A stretch of 64,000 nucleotides of DNA from Lama guanicoe (taxonomy: Eukaryota), in contig MU056050.1 of assembly GCA_013239625.1 (NCBI GenBank), positions 1,598,084-1,662,083 on the forward strand. Reading direction: 5' to 3'. The stretch's first letter is position 1; every line of letters begins with the position of its first letter. Position numbers and translations under genes: made by a program. Below the pieces are notes generated by a model that worked only from the letters and a program-made list of their open reading frames with translations, had not been told where the DNA came from and made no database searches. Of this stretch, positions 26,320 to 39,860 are shown piece after piece.

Positions 26320-27923
26320 CATTCATTCTCTTCAATTTCTTGTAAATTTGACATTTGTCATCCATGGATAGCAAGAGTTATTTCTCCTGCTAAAGTGATT
26401 GGGTTGGCAGAAAGTTTTCTCCTTTGTGTGCAAAACTGACCAAGTAAATTATTTTCTTTTCCCCCTTCAAAAGACATTGAGAGTGAGTGACTCTCCTTGT
26501 CTTGAAAAACCAATGGGTTATCCTGATGGGCATATATTTCTTGCTAAGGTCTGGCCGACTTTCATAGCCTGAATGTATATGTGTGGTAATTTTTTTCTGC
26601 AATTTTGCAGGTAGAAGCAAGATAGTAGAATTTTACTGTGCTCTAGAAAAAGCAATAAACCCTCCTTCAATCTTCAGAAGCTTGCACAGTAAATGGAACT
26701 CTACACCAATAGGATATTTTGCCTTCAAAATAATAAAGTAGAACACAAAGTAAACCAAAGCATATTAATGAAAAAAGGACTTCAGTCATCTTTGAAACTG
26801 AACTCCACAAATGACTTACTTTAAGAGTTCCTCAGCTATGGCTTGATGTCTACAGGCAAATCACTGTTCATCAACTTGGATTGTCCTCTTCCCTCACAGC
26901 CCTGGATACAAACCTAGAGAAAACCCAGAGCAACAAACTCAGACAATATGCCATCTAGAACCACAGAGTCATCTGTATCAGCTATTACGTTGACTTTCCA
27001 ACTTCCCGCAGAAAACTGTGTTTAATTGTCTCTATTTATTTATTTCTCTAACTTTTCTCCAGTGAGAATGTAGAGCTGTTTACCTAAAGAGCTTTGGGCC
27101 TAGCAACATAGGAAGCAAGTTATCACTAAGCAAGTTGGAGGTCATCTGGGGAACAATGAAAGTTTATCATTGAATCTCTCACAGCCATCACTGATCAAAA
27201 TATATCTTTCACATAGAATCCTCTGCCACAATAAATTTAGATGGTGCATATTCTAGACCAGAAATCACAACAGTGTCACTTCTTGACGTTACTGAGTAAT
27301 TTGCAATGCATAGAATGATTTTAATATAGGTCCCAACGGAAACCTCATGAAGGAAGCTCAAAGCTATTCTGACAAAACAGTCACAAATGCTAGGAGGGCA
27401 GGGGCTAAGGCACTGTGAAAAACCCAAAAGATCTTTCAATACTCAACCATTAGGAAAAAAGAAAGAAAAGCTTCACTGCTAAACTTTTTTATTTTACATA
27501 GCTGCTCAAACTTTAGAAACTTCATAGACCTTAATCCATTAAAATAGTGCCTATTACATCAAGTTCCTATTGCTAAACTTGCCATTAAAGCCTTGGGTAA
27601 AAAGATTGGATCCCTTCCATTTTCGATAAAACTGATTTGCAAAAACTGAAAAAAAAAATCCACGAACCAATCTGGTAGATCATTCACTATTCTTGATCTG
27701 TGTTCTCTTACATTTCTTATCCCTACCTCTGTAACTGATTAAAAACCTTGGCCTGAATACTTGTCTCTCTCAAAGAAATTACCACATATTATAATGTTTT
27801 ACTTTTATCGTTATTTCTCAGTCCAGTTGAAGATTAAAAAAAATGGTTCTGTCAGCCCAGATTTTTGTCAGCCACCTACCTTTTCAAATGCACTTGCATG
27901 TTACCACAAAAAGTGCTATTTTT
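26320..27923 (-). pseudogene. Compact five-exon remnant: 27923-27880, 27645-27583, 27449-27084, 26913-26820, 26640-26320
   Basis: Introns of 133-234 nt. Donors AAG|GTAGGT, ATG|GCAAGT, TAG|GTAAAC, AAA|GTAAGT, ATG|GTAAGT. Acceptors ttttttttttcag, ttttttcctaa (mutated), ggttttctctag, gctttttctagag. Joined frame includes SSLGLYPGL*GKRTIQVDEQ*FACRHQAIAEELLNTVKFYY. Confidence 0.75.
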
Positions 27924-28859
27924 CTGGATTTTGTGAGGGGAAAATTTAGACAATCTTTTTTAAAAATATACAATACACCAAGCTTGAATTCCGACAATCC
28001 TTTTAAAAAACATGCAATATACCTAACTATTTTAATGTATATAACTGTTCTCTCTTAAAGTACAGATATCACATTTACAACTATTTTTTATCTTTTCTAT
28101 TCCTGATATTTTTCAGTGAGAACAATTTCAGTCAAGTTCAGTACTATTCAAAGGATCAGACACAATGTGATGCTTCACAAATAAGGAGCCATGTATGAGT
28201 CCTGAGGCACAAGGTTTAAGTAAAGGATTTCAGCAACGACATATGAAGTAGAATCTCGCCACATTTCCTCCTGTGGGTTCTGTTATCTAGTCCCTACTCC
28301 TATGCTTAGAGCAGGGATTATTCTGCCTCACTGGCCTTAATCTACATTAGCTCTTATTATGAACCCAAATTCTCCCGCAGGTTTCAGTGGTCTCCTGATG
28401 GGATAAAAATTCTCTGAAAGTTTTTCCAGCAAAGTGTATCTTTATATTTCCACCATCTCACCCACTTAGCCTCAGTGAATTCCTACTAATCCTCTGATAC
28501 ACCTATCATATTATTGTCCTGTGAAATCTTCTCTGGTTGTTCTATGCATGCATCCTCTGCTGGGATCTAAAACTATTGTGTATACCTATGTTAGAATATA
28601 TAGTTCAGCGCTTATCACAAATTTCCAATGAAGCATTTATGGAGGTAAAGGAGAATGAAACTGAAACTCCAAAATGTCTAGATAAATTAGACCAAGGTGG
28701 TTTTACACCAGTATGAAATTTCTGGAAATCTAATGCTTTACCTTATAAAAATACATGCAAATGTTTCCTGTTATGCCATTATAAATCAGTTTATTATAAT
28801 TTTAAAATAGTATCTAAAATTATATGTCATTAATAAAATTTAAGATAAAAGTATTTCTA

Positions 28860-28966
28860 ATATTCAGACTGTGGTTTTGTGTTCCTTTTGCAAAATTACT
28901 GTATGCATTGCATTTGAGAAGCACCTACAAAAGATCCCCGAATACTGATCCACCAAAAAATATATT
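28860..28966 (-). pseudogene. Candidate exon remnant (3' end uncertain)
   Basis: Acceptor ttagttttttacag. Phase-0 frame NIFFGGSVFGDLL*VLLKCNAYSNFAKG continues from the exon at 31949-31874. Confidence 0.5.
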
Positions 28967-28989
28967 CTGTAAAAAACTAAACAATATTC

Positions 28990-31745
28990 AGTGTAAAATT
29001 TACAGCACTAAACACATACAATAGAAAAGAAAGATCTCAAATAAATGACATCAGATTCCACCTTAAACTTTAAAAAATGGAAGAGCAAATTAAAGCCAAA
29101 GTAAAGAGAAGAAAATAGATAATAAAGATTAGAGAAGAAATCAATGAAATAGAAAACAGAAATGGACTAAGATGAGATGCATGAATTCCTTGAAAGACAC
29201 AAGCCAGCAAAGATCACTCATGAAAAAATGGAAAATCTGAACAGCCTCATATCTATTAACAAAATTGAATTTATAGTTAAAAATCTCCTGACAAGGAAAA
29301 TCCCAAGCCCCACATGTCTTCACTTGTGAATTCTACCAAACATTAAAAAAAAATATTAACACCAATTTTATGGGAACTCTTCCAGGTAACTGAAGAGGAG
29401 AAAATATCTCCCAACTCATTCTGTGAGGCCAGCAGTACCTAAAACAAAAACCAGGTAAAAACATTGCAAGAAAACAAAACTACAGACCAATAATCCTCAT
29501 GAAAATAGATGCAAAAATAATTCTTTAAAACATTTAGAAAATTGTATGAAACAACATTTTAAAAGAATAATATGTCATAGTCCAGTGGAATTTAGTCCAA
29601 CAATGCTAAGTTGGCTTAACATTCAAAGTCAACGTAATTCACTATATTAATAAATGAAAAAAAAATGATCATAACAACATACACATAAACAGAGTTTTTA
29701 TCTATTCCTGATAAAGTGCTCTCAACAAAACTAGGAATAAAAGGGAACTTCCTCAACCTGATAGAGTCATCTATGAAAACATGCAGTTAACATCCATAAC
29801 ACTGAATTGGTGAAAGACAAAATGCTTTTTATCTAAGACTGAGAATAAAGTAAATATGTGTGCTTACAACACTTCTATTCAACATTGTACTGAATGTTCT
29901 AGACAGTGTAATGAGAAAAGAAAAAGATTGGAAAGGAAGAAGTAAAATTGCTGTTATTATTATATAACATGATCATCTACGTAGACAACCTATGTGTCCT
30001 ACAAAAAAGTTTCTAGAACTAACAAGTCATTTTAGCATGTTTTCAGGATATAAGATCTACATTAAAAAATCAACTCTATTTCTACACACTAGCTATGAAA
30101 AATAGGAAGTTAAAGTATAAAACATACTATTTGTAGTGACACTAAACATATGACATAGATATAGTTTTGACTATGTGTAAATCCTACACACTCAAAAGTA
30201 CAAAACATTGTTGAGATAAATTAAAGACCTGAATGAATGGATGTCTTAATATTGTTAAAATGTCAGTTTTCCTCAAATTGGTGAGTAAATTCAATGCAAT
30301 CCAAATAAAAATCTAAGCAAGTTTTTTTTTGTAGAAATAGTCAAACTGATTCTCAACCTCATATGGAAAATGAAAGATATAGAATAGCCAAACCAATTTG
30401 AAAAAGAAGAACAAAATTGGAGAAATTGTACTACCTAATTTCAAGACCTTTTATAAATCTATAGCAATCAAGAGCAGACCTACATATATATGGTCAATTG
30501 ATTTTCAGCAAAGATACAAAGGCAAGTCAGTGAAGAAAGGATTGTCTTTTCAAAATATTGTACTGAAACAATTAGATATGTACATAGAAGGGGGAGAGAG
30601 AGAAGAAAAAGGAAACTCAATCAACATCATACACTAAATACAAAAATGAACTCAAAATGATTACAGACCTAATGTAAGTGCTAAAACTATAAACTTCTTA
30701 AAATATGAGTAAACCTTCATAATCTTGGATTAGGCAATGGTTTCCTACATCCAACACCAAAGCACTATTCATAAAATAAAATGGATAAATTGGACTTTAT
30801 CAAAATTAGGAACTTACATTCTTTGAAAGACTCACATAAGAGAACAAAATGACAAGCCACTGACTGGGAGAAATTTTCAATTCATATAGCTGATAAAGAG
30901 TATGTATCAAAAATATATAAAGAATTCTCAAAATTCAATAAGAAAATAAGTAATAAACAACAGACAAAAGATTTGAACAGCTGCATCACCAAAGAAGATG
31001 TAAAAAGCACATAAAAAGATGGTTAACATTATTAGCTCTTGACTATATGCAAATCAAAACCACAGTGAGATTCTAGTACACACCTATTAGAATAGCAAAA
31101 AAATTTAAAGCATACCCATACCAAGTGTTAGTGACTATATGGAGGAGATAGAACTCCCATATATTGCTGATGACAACATAAAATAGTCTGTTGGCACTTT
31201 GGCAGTTTCCTAGAAAGTTAAACATAAACCTATTATATGATTCAATCATTTACTCCTAGGTGTTTACCTAAGAGAAAGTAAAGTGTGTGCTCACAGAAGC
31301 ACTTGTACATGAATGTTTATAGTAGCTTTGTGTCTAATAGTCAAAGACTAGAAACAACTCAAATGTCCATCAACAGGCAATTGGATAAATTTTTGTATAT
31401 ACATAGAATGGAATATACTCATTAATAGAAAGAAGTGAACTGTTGATACACATAACAACATTGATGAATCTTAAAATAATAATTTTGCTAAGTGAAAAAA
31501 GCCAGACAAAAAAGAGTACATATTCATTTATGTAGAATTCTAGAAAATGCAAGCTAATCTATAGTAATAGAAAGAAGTTCAGTTTTTGCCTGAGGAGGGA
31601 AATGGAAGGTAGAAGAGGTATAAACAAACTTTTGGAGTGATGGATATATTCATTATCTTGATTGTGGTAATAGTTTTATGGTTGTATACATAAGTCAAAA
31701 CTTATTGTATTGTGCACTTTTAATATCTGCAGTTTACTTCAAGAA
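28990..31745 (+). mobile_element. Old L1 (L1MD-like) ORF2 plus 3' UTR, heavily decayed
   Basis: Colinear ORF2 text with tgaattctaccaaacatt; 3' end ttttggagtgatggatatattcattatcttgattgtggt. Confidence 0.9.
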
Positions 31746-31873
31746 AGCTTTAAAACTTCATGTAAATTGTGCATACTACTCCATTTTTTTGTTACTTCAT
31801 TGTAAGAATTAACATATTTTAAATTATTTGCCACTGGGTAAAACTGATATTTAAAATACTTTCCTACATTTAC

Positions 31874-33005
31874 CCTTTGATTTAATGTTCCCTTTGTAAC
31901 GCTGCCAGGTGCATCCAGTTTGAGAGCTACCTTCTCACAAAGCAATATTCTGTCATATGAAAAAGTAACCTCATTGAAGGCAGGAATGGGGTTTATCTCT
32001 TTATTCTTAGCCTCAAGTGCATTGCCTGGCACACAGTAGAAACTCAACGAATGTTAGTTGAATAGACTAGACTCTCTGATCTTCTGTCTCATCTTTCTTT
32101 ACATGCATCACATTGGATGACATTCATAAACTCATTCTAATGGTATTGGAGCTATGGATGTAAAATTGGAGGATATCTTTTCCTCCTTGGACTTACCTCA
32201 ACTCCATTATATACCTCGTATCACCACCTGCAATGCTCTTAGACATTTCCTTCCAAATTGAGACATAGAAAAATCTCAGATTATCTTAGGTTCAACTCTC
32301 TTCTCTGATACTTAATGCCAATATGGGCTTGAGCAATTTACTTGAAATCTCTGAGTCTTAGTTTCTTCATTATAATGTAGAGATAATAATACCTATTTCT
32401 AGGGTTGTACATGAAGTTCATGAGTTGAGACCCATTAAGTACTTGAGTCATAGTAAATAGTCAACAAATGCTAATTTCCCTGCTCTGGGTCCCACTATGT
32501 ATAGCTCTCTCATCAAAATTTTCCTATCCAGTTCTTCATCTATTCTGGCCTTTGTGAGTGAGATTAATAAACAAGTGCCTAATATTTAAATAACTTTTCC
32601 AAGAAAAAGGAATATTTGTTTAGAATCATAGAGTAGGAAAATGAAACATTACAGCAGGTTTATATACATATGAGGTTAGACGGGTGGGGGACATAGATGA
32701 GAATTTTTTTTCTACTCTAGACTCACTCAATTTAGACATGTTCATTCTACCTAAGTTCAAAGCTGACTTTGATCTCTGCACATGTCTCAGTTTCAAGGTC
32801 CTGCTTCTTGACCTATAAAATTTCTCACCCCCAAACATTTCTTTTTCTCCTATTAGTACAGCCCAGACCTGAAGATCATTATGCCTGAATGGAAATGTAT
32901 TTGCTATACTACTTCTACTGCAAAGAAAGGACTTTTCCTGAGCCTAATGTTGAGTTTCGTGACACATATGGGTATTCTAATCCTTAAGAGTTCTTTCATT
33001 TTTAT
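31874..33005 (-). pseudogene. Three candidate exons: 33005-32727, 32257-32197, 31949-31874
   Basis: Acceptors tttcttcattcttccag, tttttctatgtctcaa (mutated), actttttcatatgacag. Donors TGA|GTGAGT, GAG|GTAAGT, AGG|GTAAAT. The joined frame has only 2 stops and incorporates parts of track ORFs 32626-32838 and 31739-32047. Confidence 0.65.
32300..32480 (+). mobile_element. MIR SINE
   Basis: cttgagcaatttacttgaaatctctgagtcttagtttcttcattataatgtagagataataatacct. Confidence 0.75.
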
Positions 33006-33441
33006 CTGGAAGAATGAAGAAATTAAGGAAGGAAGGAGTGTTTTTCCGCTCATCAGCAAGTTCAGGAGATACCATGAGGAAAAATATGAAAAGTCTTGTG
33101 GGATTTTTTTTTAATTAGAAAAAAAAAAAGACGAAAGGATCCTTCAGCCACCCTCCCACCCCTTGAACTATGTTTAAGCTCACACCATGGCAAACAGCTG
33201 GAACACTAATTACAACTAAAATTATTTGATCATTTACTATCTACCCATACTCTCCTAAGCACTTTACATGTAATGCTCCATTTGATCCCTACAACTTTCT
33301 GCATTAGAAACAGTTACAATTCTCATTTAACAGAAGAAAAAATAGAAACTGGGGATCACGAGGGTTAAGATAGATATTCAACATCATATTACTAGGATGA
33401 GGCAGGTCAAGGAACTGAGCCTAGATAAGAATCTACACTCT

Positions 33442-33670
33442 AAAAAAAAAAAACCAAATAAACTAACTACTATATATAAAATAGACAAAAAATAAGTTAC
33501 TACTGTATAGTACAGGGGACTTGTTCAATATCTTGTAGTAACCTATAATGATAAACAATATGAAAATGAATATATGTATGTATATGTATGACTGAAATAT
33601 GCTGTATACCAGAAATTGACACAACATTGAAACTGACTATACTTCAATAAAAAAGAATGTGAAAAGAAAA
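33442..33670 (+). mobile_element. Short young L1 3' end inserted in a minus-strand MIR (about 33230-33700)
   Basis: L1 tail ...gacacaacattgaaactgactatacttcaataaa; 15-bp TSD AAGAATCTACACTCT (33427-33441) / AAGAATTTACACTCT (33671-33685). Confidence 0.9.
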
Positions 33671-34822
33671 AAGAATTTACACTCTTAACCCCTATAGTTG
33701 AACAATGAACTTAATTACAGTAATATTTCAGTTAATCAGAACTCCACTCTGAAACCCTTAGGTAAATGTCTCTTCTTTTAGGAGAAAGAAGCACATTGTA
33801 AAATTAAAGCTCATGTTGTAGGCTTTGTTTAAACAAAAATTTTTAGAAAATGAGCCTCTTGTCCTACAAGATCCTTAGTCAGTAAAGATTTAGTGATTAC
33901 TAGACTTTTCTTACTAAGGGAATAAACTAGGCTTTGATACTTCAGAAAAATATCCACTAAAAAGGAGTAAAATAAACACATTTTTGTTCTGATCTCTAGC
34001 CCTCAGATCACCAGAATATTCAATTAACCAGAACCACCTTTTTTATATAGTTTTTCTACATTCTGACAGTTCTACATATCTAGATGTTGGATGCCAAGTA
34101 GGTAAAATATCTGGCTATCTAACAGAATATTTTCCAGAATTTATCTGGATGAATAATAGAGCTGATAATTTCCTTCAGAAATAAGATATAAGTGTGCTAT
34201 ATAATGAAATATATATATTTATAGTGAAATAATATATAAAATGAAATGAAACACCTGTGGAGATAATGTATAGAATGATCATTATTGAACAGGGGCTGTT
34301 GCTTGCTAATGCATCCTGCCATTTCTAATATTTAAATTCTCATAAACAGAAAGGAAAGATTATTTCTCATCTACCGATCAAAATTCTGTAGCTCAAAGGT
34401 TTAAAAATATTCAGAGGAATTTTTGATGTAAAAGATAGTTTCATAAACATGCAGTGTAATAATGTAACCATAACACTTGATAACTGAAGTGTGAACAAGC
34501 ACTACAGTTGGGCTGTTAAAGTCCAAAGGCTTGATGAGATCATTCATAATTGGCATTTAAATTAATAAGAAAATTGTGGAAAGGCAATATTGTCAACGTG
34601 AAATGCATTCACTTGCCTTTCCAAGACCCTTACTATTAAACAAAGTACAGTCTAGCTTGTGACACAATAGCCAACATGTGGTCTGGAAAATGACTTTGCA
34701 AAAAGATCAGGATGCTTTACATAAAACACACACACATACATGAACACACACAGTTCACCTATAAAATCATCTCACAAAATAAAAAGTCTCACATAATGAT
34801 CTAAAAAATACCTGCCATGAGA

Positions 34823-35773
34823 AGAACTAAATAGACATCTCTCCAAAGAAAACATACAGGTGGCCAATAGGCACATGAATAGATGCTCAACATCACTAAT
34901 AATAAGAGAAATGTAAATCAAAACCACAGTGAGGTATCACCTCACACTAGTCAGAATGGTCATTATTAAAAAGTCTACGAATTGTAAATGCTGGAGAGGG
35001 TATGAAAAAGAGGGAACCCTCCTACACTGTTGGTGGGAATGTAAATTGGTGCAGCTACTATGGAAAACAATTTGGAAGTTCCTTAAAAACTAAAAATAGA
35101 GCTACTATATGATCTAGCAATCCCACTCCTGAGCATATATCCAGAGAAAACCCTAATTTGAAAGGATACATGCACCCCAGTGTTCATGGCAGCAGCACTA
35201 TTTACAATAGTCAAGACATACAAGCAACATAAATGCACATTGACAGATGACTATATATATATATATACATACACACACACACACACAATGGGCTGTTACT
35301 TAGACATAAAAAAGAATCAAATAATGCCATTTGCAGCAACATGAATGGACCTGCAGATTATCATACTAAGTGAAGTCAGAGAAAGACAAATATCATATCA
35401 CTTATATGTGGAATCTAAAATATGATACAAATGAACTTATTTACAAAACAGAAACAGACTCACAGACATAGAAAACAAACTTATGGTTCCCAGGGGAAAG
35501 GGAGAGGGGGAGGGATAAATTAGGAGTTTGAGATTAGCAGATACAAACTACTCTATATAAAATAGATAAAACAAGGTCCTACTGTATACCACAGGGAACT
35601 ATATTCAATATCTTGTAATAAAACATAATGGAAAAGAATATGAAGAAGAATATATATGTGTATATGTATATTCATATATATATATATATATATATCTCTG
35701 AATTATTTTATTGTACACCAGAAACTAACAGAACACTGTAAATCAACTATACTTCAATAAAAACTTTTTTTTA
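34823..35773 (+). mobile_element. 5'-truncated L1 (ORF2 end plus 3' UTR)
   Basis: Same family text as 2382-3843; TSD ACCTGCCATGAGA (34810-34822) / ATCTGTCATGAGA (35774-35786). Confidence 0.93.
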
Positions 35774-36599
35774 ATCTGTCATGAGATTCAGAAGCTGGGC
35801 CTGGCAAATTCTCATATATGCTTATCTCTCTATATAGTCTAGTGTCTCTTGGAAAACCACTGGGCCACATTTTTCTTAGCAATTATCAGTTGGTCACGTA
35901 TTTTAGTACTATATTTCACTCCTTCTCTCCCTTCACCTTTATTTCTTTTCCCCATGTTGCTTTTATTTTGTCCAAAAGTGGTAGCTTGCATAAAGATTCA
36001 GGGAAAAGATCACCCAGTTTCTTTTTTCTTCAGGTCTTGATCTGAGTAAGCCTCAAAGTCATTGTAAGAACAAGAGGAAATATATAACATAAGAAGAAAG
36101 CCAGACTTTTGTCTATGATGTGTGTGTGTGCATAAAGGAGGCCACAAGTTTTCATATATGTGTGTGGAGATTCAGAGAAGCATTACCATAGAATCTTCTA
36201 ATGATTCTACTATGTCATTTATCTCCCATATTATTTTTGAGTATATTGCTTTCATGTGGACAGATGCAGGTGACACTTTTGGTTAAAAAAGTTTTAGGTA
36301 AACATTTACTTGCACAGTCACAGAGATTTTCAGGTCAACCTAATTTTATCCACTAGTATTTGAGTGCCTGCTTTGTGTGTCCAGTGAAGAGAATCATTCA
36401 TTCAAAAATATTCATCTAGTCCAGGCTTCCCCTGCTCTAATTGCTACCTTCTCTGTGTTAAAATCTATTCTATTCTGTAATATTAGAAACCATTGAATTG
36501 TATACTTCAAATAGGTGAATTGTATGGTTGGACTTGGGAAATTCTCAATTATATCTCAGTAAAGCTGTTATTTACAAATCTATTCTGTGAGCATTATAG

Positions 36600-36830
36600 C
36601 CACTATTTACTGAGCATTTATCATATAATAAGTGTTTTGCATATGTTAAATATTTTAATGTGAGACTCATAAACAATGTGATAAAACTCCAGTTTCACAA
36701 AGAAATTGAAGCTTAGAAACATTAAGTAACTTGCCTGAGGATACATAGGCTAATAAGTGATGGATTCAGGATTCCACTTGGGTCTCTTTGATTCCAAAGT
36801 TGTTATTCCTTTTACATCACCAGACTGCCT
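36600..36830 (-). mobile_element. MIR SINE
   Basis: ctatttactgagcattta...gaaattgaagcttagaaacattaagtaacttgcctgagg. Confidence 0.8.
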
Positions 36831-37077
36831 CTGGGCCTGTCTACCTACCTAACAGAAGTAAACTGGTCCTGATGATTTTTTAAAGTTCTTGGAGATGAAG
36901 TTTATTATCTTTGAAAAAGTTCCTCCAATCCCTTAGATGACCCCAGCTTTCTGTTTCTAGCTAAGGATCGGAAGGAAGAATAGTTAACTTAGAAAGGCCC
37001 TTATCTCCCTGGTTCTGGGAGATGGAGTCCAAGCCATTCTTCAAGAAAGGGACATCAAGCCATACACTAAGACTCAC

Positions 37078-37346
37078 TCAGCATTTTCCACTTAAGCGTC
37101 ATAAAGGTCAGTCCAGAAACATTTCTGACTCAACTACTCCCTTGGATCTTGCCATAAGTGTAGGCTTTGTTAGGCATCTTTTTCTCCCTGGATGCTGCCA
37201 CTTTTCTCACCAGCTTGATTCATCTTGAAAAATACGTTTTTCTAGACATATACCTTATTTTTTCTCAAGCTGGGAATTCAGAGATTCATAAAGGATGGTA
37301 ACTGATGGAAGGTTTCACTAGATAACTGTGCAGAGACTTTTCAACA
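37078..37346 (-). pseudogene. Candidate 269-nt exon remnant
   Basis: Acceptor gtatttcag, donor TGA|GTGAGT. 89 codons with four stops, all TGA: DVEKSLHSYLVKPSISYHPL*ISEFPA*EKIRYMSRKTYFSR*IKLVRKVAASREKK. Confidence 0.65.
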
Positions 37347-37579
37347 CTGAAATACTATGGTGAACACATACCAATGTTCCCTGATAGCACCCAGTCACCA
37401 AGTCAAATTACCAAGGCTTCCTGTTCAAGTACAAAAGGGGAAAAAAGGCAGGGGAACTCACAGGTCTCAAGTCAAATATGATTGGCACTGGGGATGGTAG
37501 CAACAATAAAAGACATAAGAAATTAAAGTTACTTTCAAATTAAGGTTATTTTCAAATCTATTACTGATGGATGCTACTA

Positions 37580-38650
37580 TACTAATCCAAGCCAAACATT
37601 TCCTCTCACTTAAGCTATTGTCACAGCTTCCTTTCTGAACTTGCTATTATTTCTTTTGGTCCCCTACAGTCTGTTCTTCTCATAGCATTAACCACAGTTA
37701 GGGCATCTTCCTGGGTATCTAACAGCAAATTCAAAGCAGCACTCTTGTCTTCACCCTCCGCACAATCTGTTCCTACACCAGCCTTTCCCATTTCAGAGAA
37801 TGCCACTACTATGCAATTGCTGATACCAGACATCTGAGTGTCACAGACTACCATCCAACATCTAATCCATTTAGTGAGTCAAGAGGATTTTACTCCAAAA
37901 TATATCCAGAACAACCATCATTCTCTCCCTCTACCACTGTCATCCTAATCTAGGCCACTGTCATCTCTCGTCTGAACCACTGTGTTAGCCTTCTAACTAA
38001 TGTTACAACATTTGTACCACTCCCCCATAGTCACTGATATTTTTTGAACTTACACCATTGTCCCTTAATGATTAAAATCATTCAAAAACCGGTCACTCTT
38101 ATTACAATGAAACCTAAACCTCTCATCTTCATCTTCAGGTCCCTGAAGATGTTCTGACCCTTATTTACATCCCCAAATTAATCTCATCTCTCCCACTTAC
38201 TACACTTACTCAGCCTCTCACTCACCCACTTGCCACTCTGCAGCCCCATTAAAAGCTTTTCTGTTCTTAGAACAAGAACCTAATGTGCTTCAGGGACTTG
38301 TACATTCTCTCCTATCTGATGGGCATGTTCATCTCAACTCTTTGCACTTCTAGCTCTTTTAAATCTAACTGGTCTCAGTTTATATGACAACTTCATGGAG
38401 ATTTCCCTGACCACTCTATTTAAGTAGCATTCCCTGCTTTTGATAATTTCTTCTTAAGTGCATGTCATTTGTCACTATTAAAACTTCACATTTACCTGTG
38501 TGAAAGTTTGATTAATGTCTGCCCCCTACCTTCCGTCCACACACTAGACACTAGAATATAATTACCATGGCTCTTTGTATTACCATTATATCCAGTTTTT
38601 AGCCCAGAGCCTAGAACAGAGTAGGTCTTCAATTAATATATTTTGAAGTA
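37580..38650 (+). mobile_element. L2 fragments
   Basis: ctaatccaagcc...tctaggccactgtcatctctcgtctgaacc...cagagcctagaacagagtaggtcttcaattaatat. Confidence 0.75.
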
Positions 38651-38806
38651 AATACATTGCCAATATATTGTCTACCACAGGGAAAATATACCATGGTGAT
38701 GCCAGGGGGCAAGGGAGAGGGAGAATAGAAGGTCCAGATAAGTAACATCTATGAAGTCATCCAGCTGAGCTTCCAGAATTCTCTCCTCTAGGAGAACAAA
38801 TCTTAC

Positions 38807-39162
38807 TCATCAACTTCCTCAGGTGCCAGTCATCTTTTGAGCCTACCAGATTCTGTTACTTCTTGGTAATTCAAGCTGAGGATGCACAACTGAGTATCTA
38901 TAAGAGGATGATTAAAATTATCTAATTAATATTTTATAACATATTTATTTATCCTCTAATCGCCCCTTATTCTTCACCACCACAGTGACGCTTAGCAAGA
39001 ACAAGAGCTCAAGAAACAACAGGTATAAATCATAGACACACCTGAGGATGTAGGCCTTGTTTCTATTTAACAGGATTTCAACAGCATAAAGGGTCCTAGA
39101 ACACAGGGCAATGGATTCTCTGGTGAACATTAATTACTGACTCAAGTCCCATCACTGTTTAC
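38807..39162 (-). pseudogene. Two candidate exons: 39162-39042, 38897-38807
   Basis: Acceptors ttcctgaattctattag and tcatcctcttatag; donors CAG|GTGTGT and TGA|GTAAGA; 144-nt intron. Second exon reads DTQLCILSLNYQEVTESGRLKR*LAPEEVD. Confidence 0.6.
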
Positions 39163-39339
39163 CTAATAGAATTCAGGAATTCAGAAAGAAGATTTATCTA
39201 TATCATTTAAGTACCCCCAACTACAGACTATTTTCAAATCTATATTTTGTTACTTTTAGAATCTACAATAACTTGGTTAGACATCTCTTTGATAGACAAG
39301 AACTATTTATAATAATACATCAAACATTATTGATATTTG

Positions 39340-39860
39340 AATGAGACAGGCAGGAGCCAGATCAGTGTGCCTTACATGCCATGCTCAAAGCTTATAGTTT
39401 CCCTGAAAGTTATAGGCCATCCCTTAACAATCTTAAGTAGAGAAATGATGAGATCAAATTGGAGATCATGTTTTATATGAAGCTCAGTTTGGGAGCAGTG
39501 AGAAAGGTCAATTGGAAAAGGAAGACCAGTAGCAGGAAGAGTAACTGGAGGCTACTCCCACATTATTGTTGAAAAGTGAACATTACCTGAAATTGTGCTA
39601 GTATGATTGAAAGACAGGGGATCTATTGGGGATATATTTAAGTGATACCTAGGATGTAGAATCAACTGAAAATCCACAGTAAGGAGGTTGGACATGGGAG
39701 ATGGGAAAAGAGGACAAGTCAAAGGTCCTTTCTAGGTTTCTCACTTGGGGAAGCAGGTCAATGGCAGGGCCATTTCTCCACACTTGAAGGGCACAGGAGG
39801 AGGAGGTTTGGGTAAGAAGATTATTTTGGATGTATTTAATCTCTGATGCCTGTGAAATAC
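39340..39860 (-). mobile_element. L2 fragment
   Basis: Purine-rich L2 antisense text ggcaggagccagatca...aggatgtagaatcaac...tctaggtttct. Confidence 0.65.

Noticed and set aside
26820..26913. AIAEELL resembling the start of a RhoGEF DH domain
   Set aside because: The following exons show none of the downstream DH motifs (e.g. PVQR-type), so no family name is assigned.
28610..28741. Open minus-strand frame KALDFQKFHTGVKPPW
   Set aside because: Overlaps MIR-like sequence; likely a chance ORF.
37078..37346. In-frame TGA codons as selenocysteine or readthrough
   Set aside because: TAG/TAA stops and broken splice sites occur elsewhere in the same chain and no SECIS was recognised; CpG decay is simpler.
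38986..39122. Two plus-strand mini-exons
   Set aside because: They would need a 51-nt intron, too short for typical mammalian splicing.
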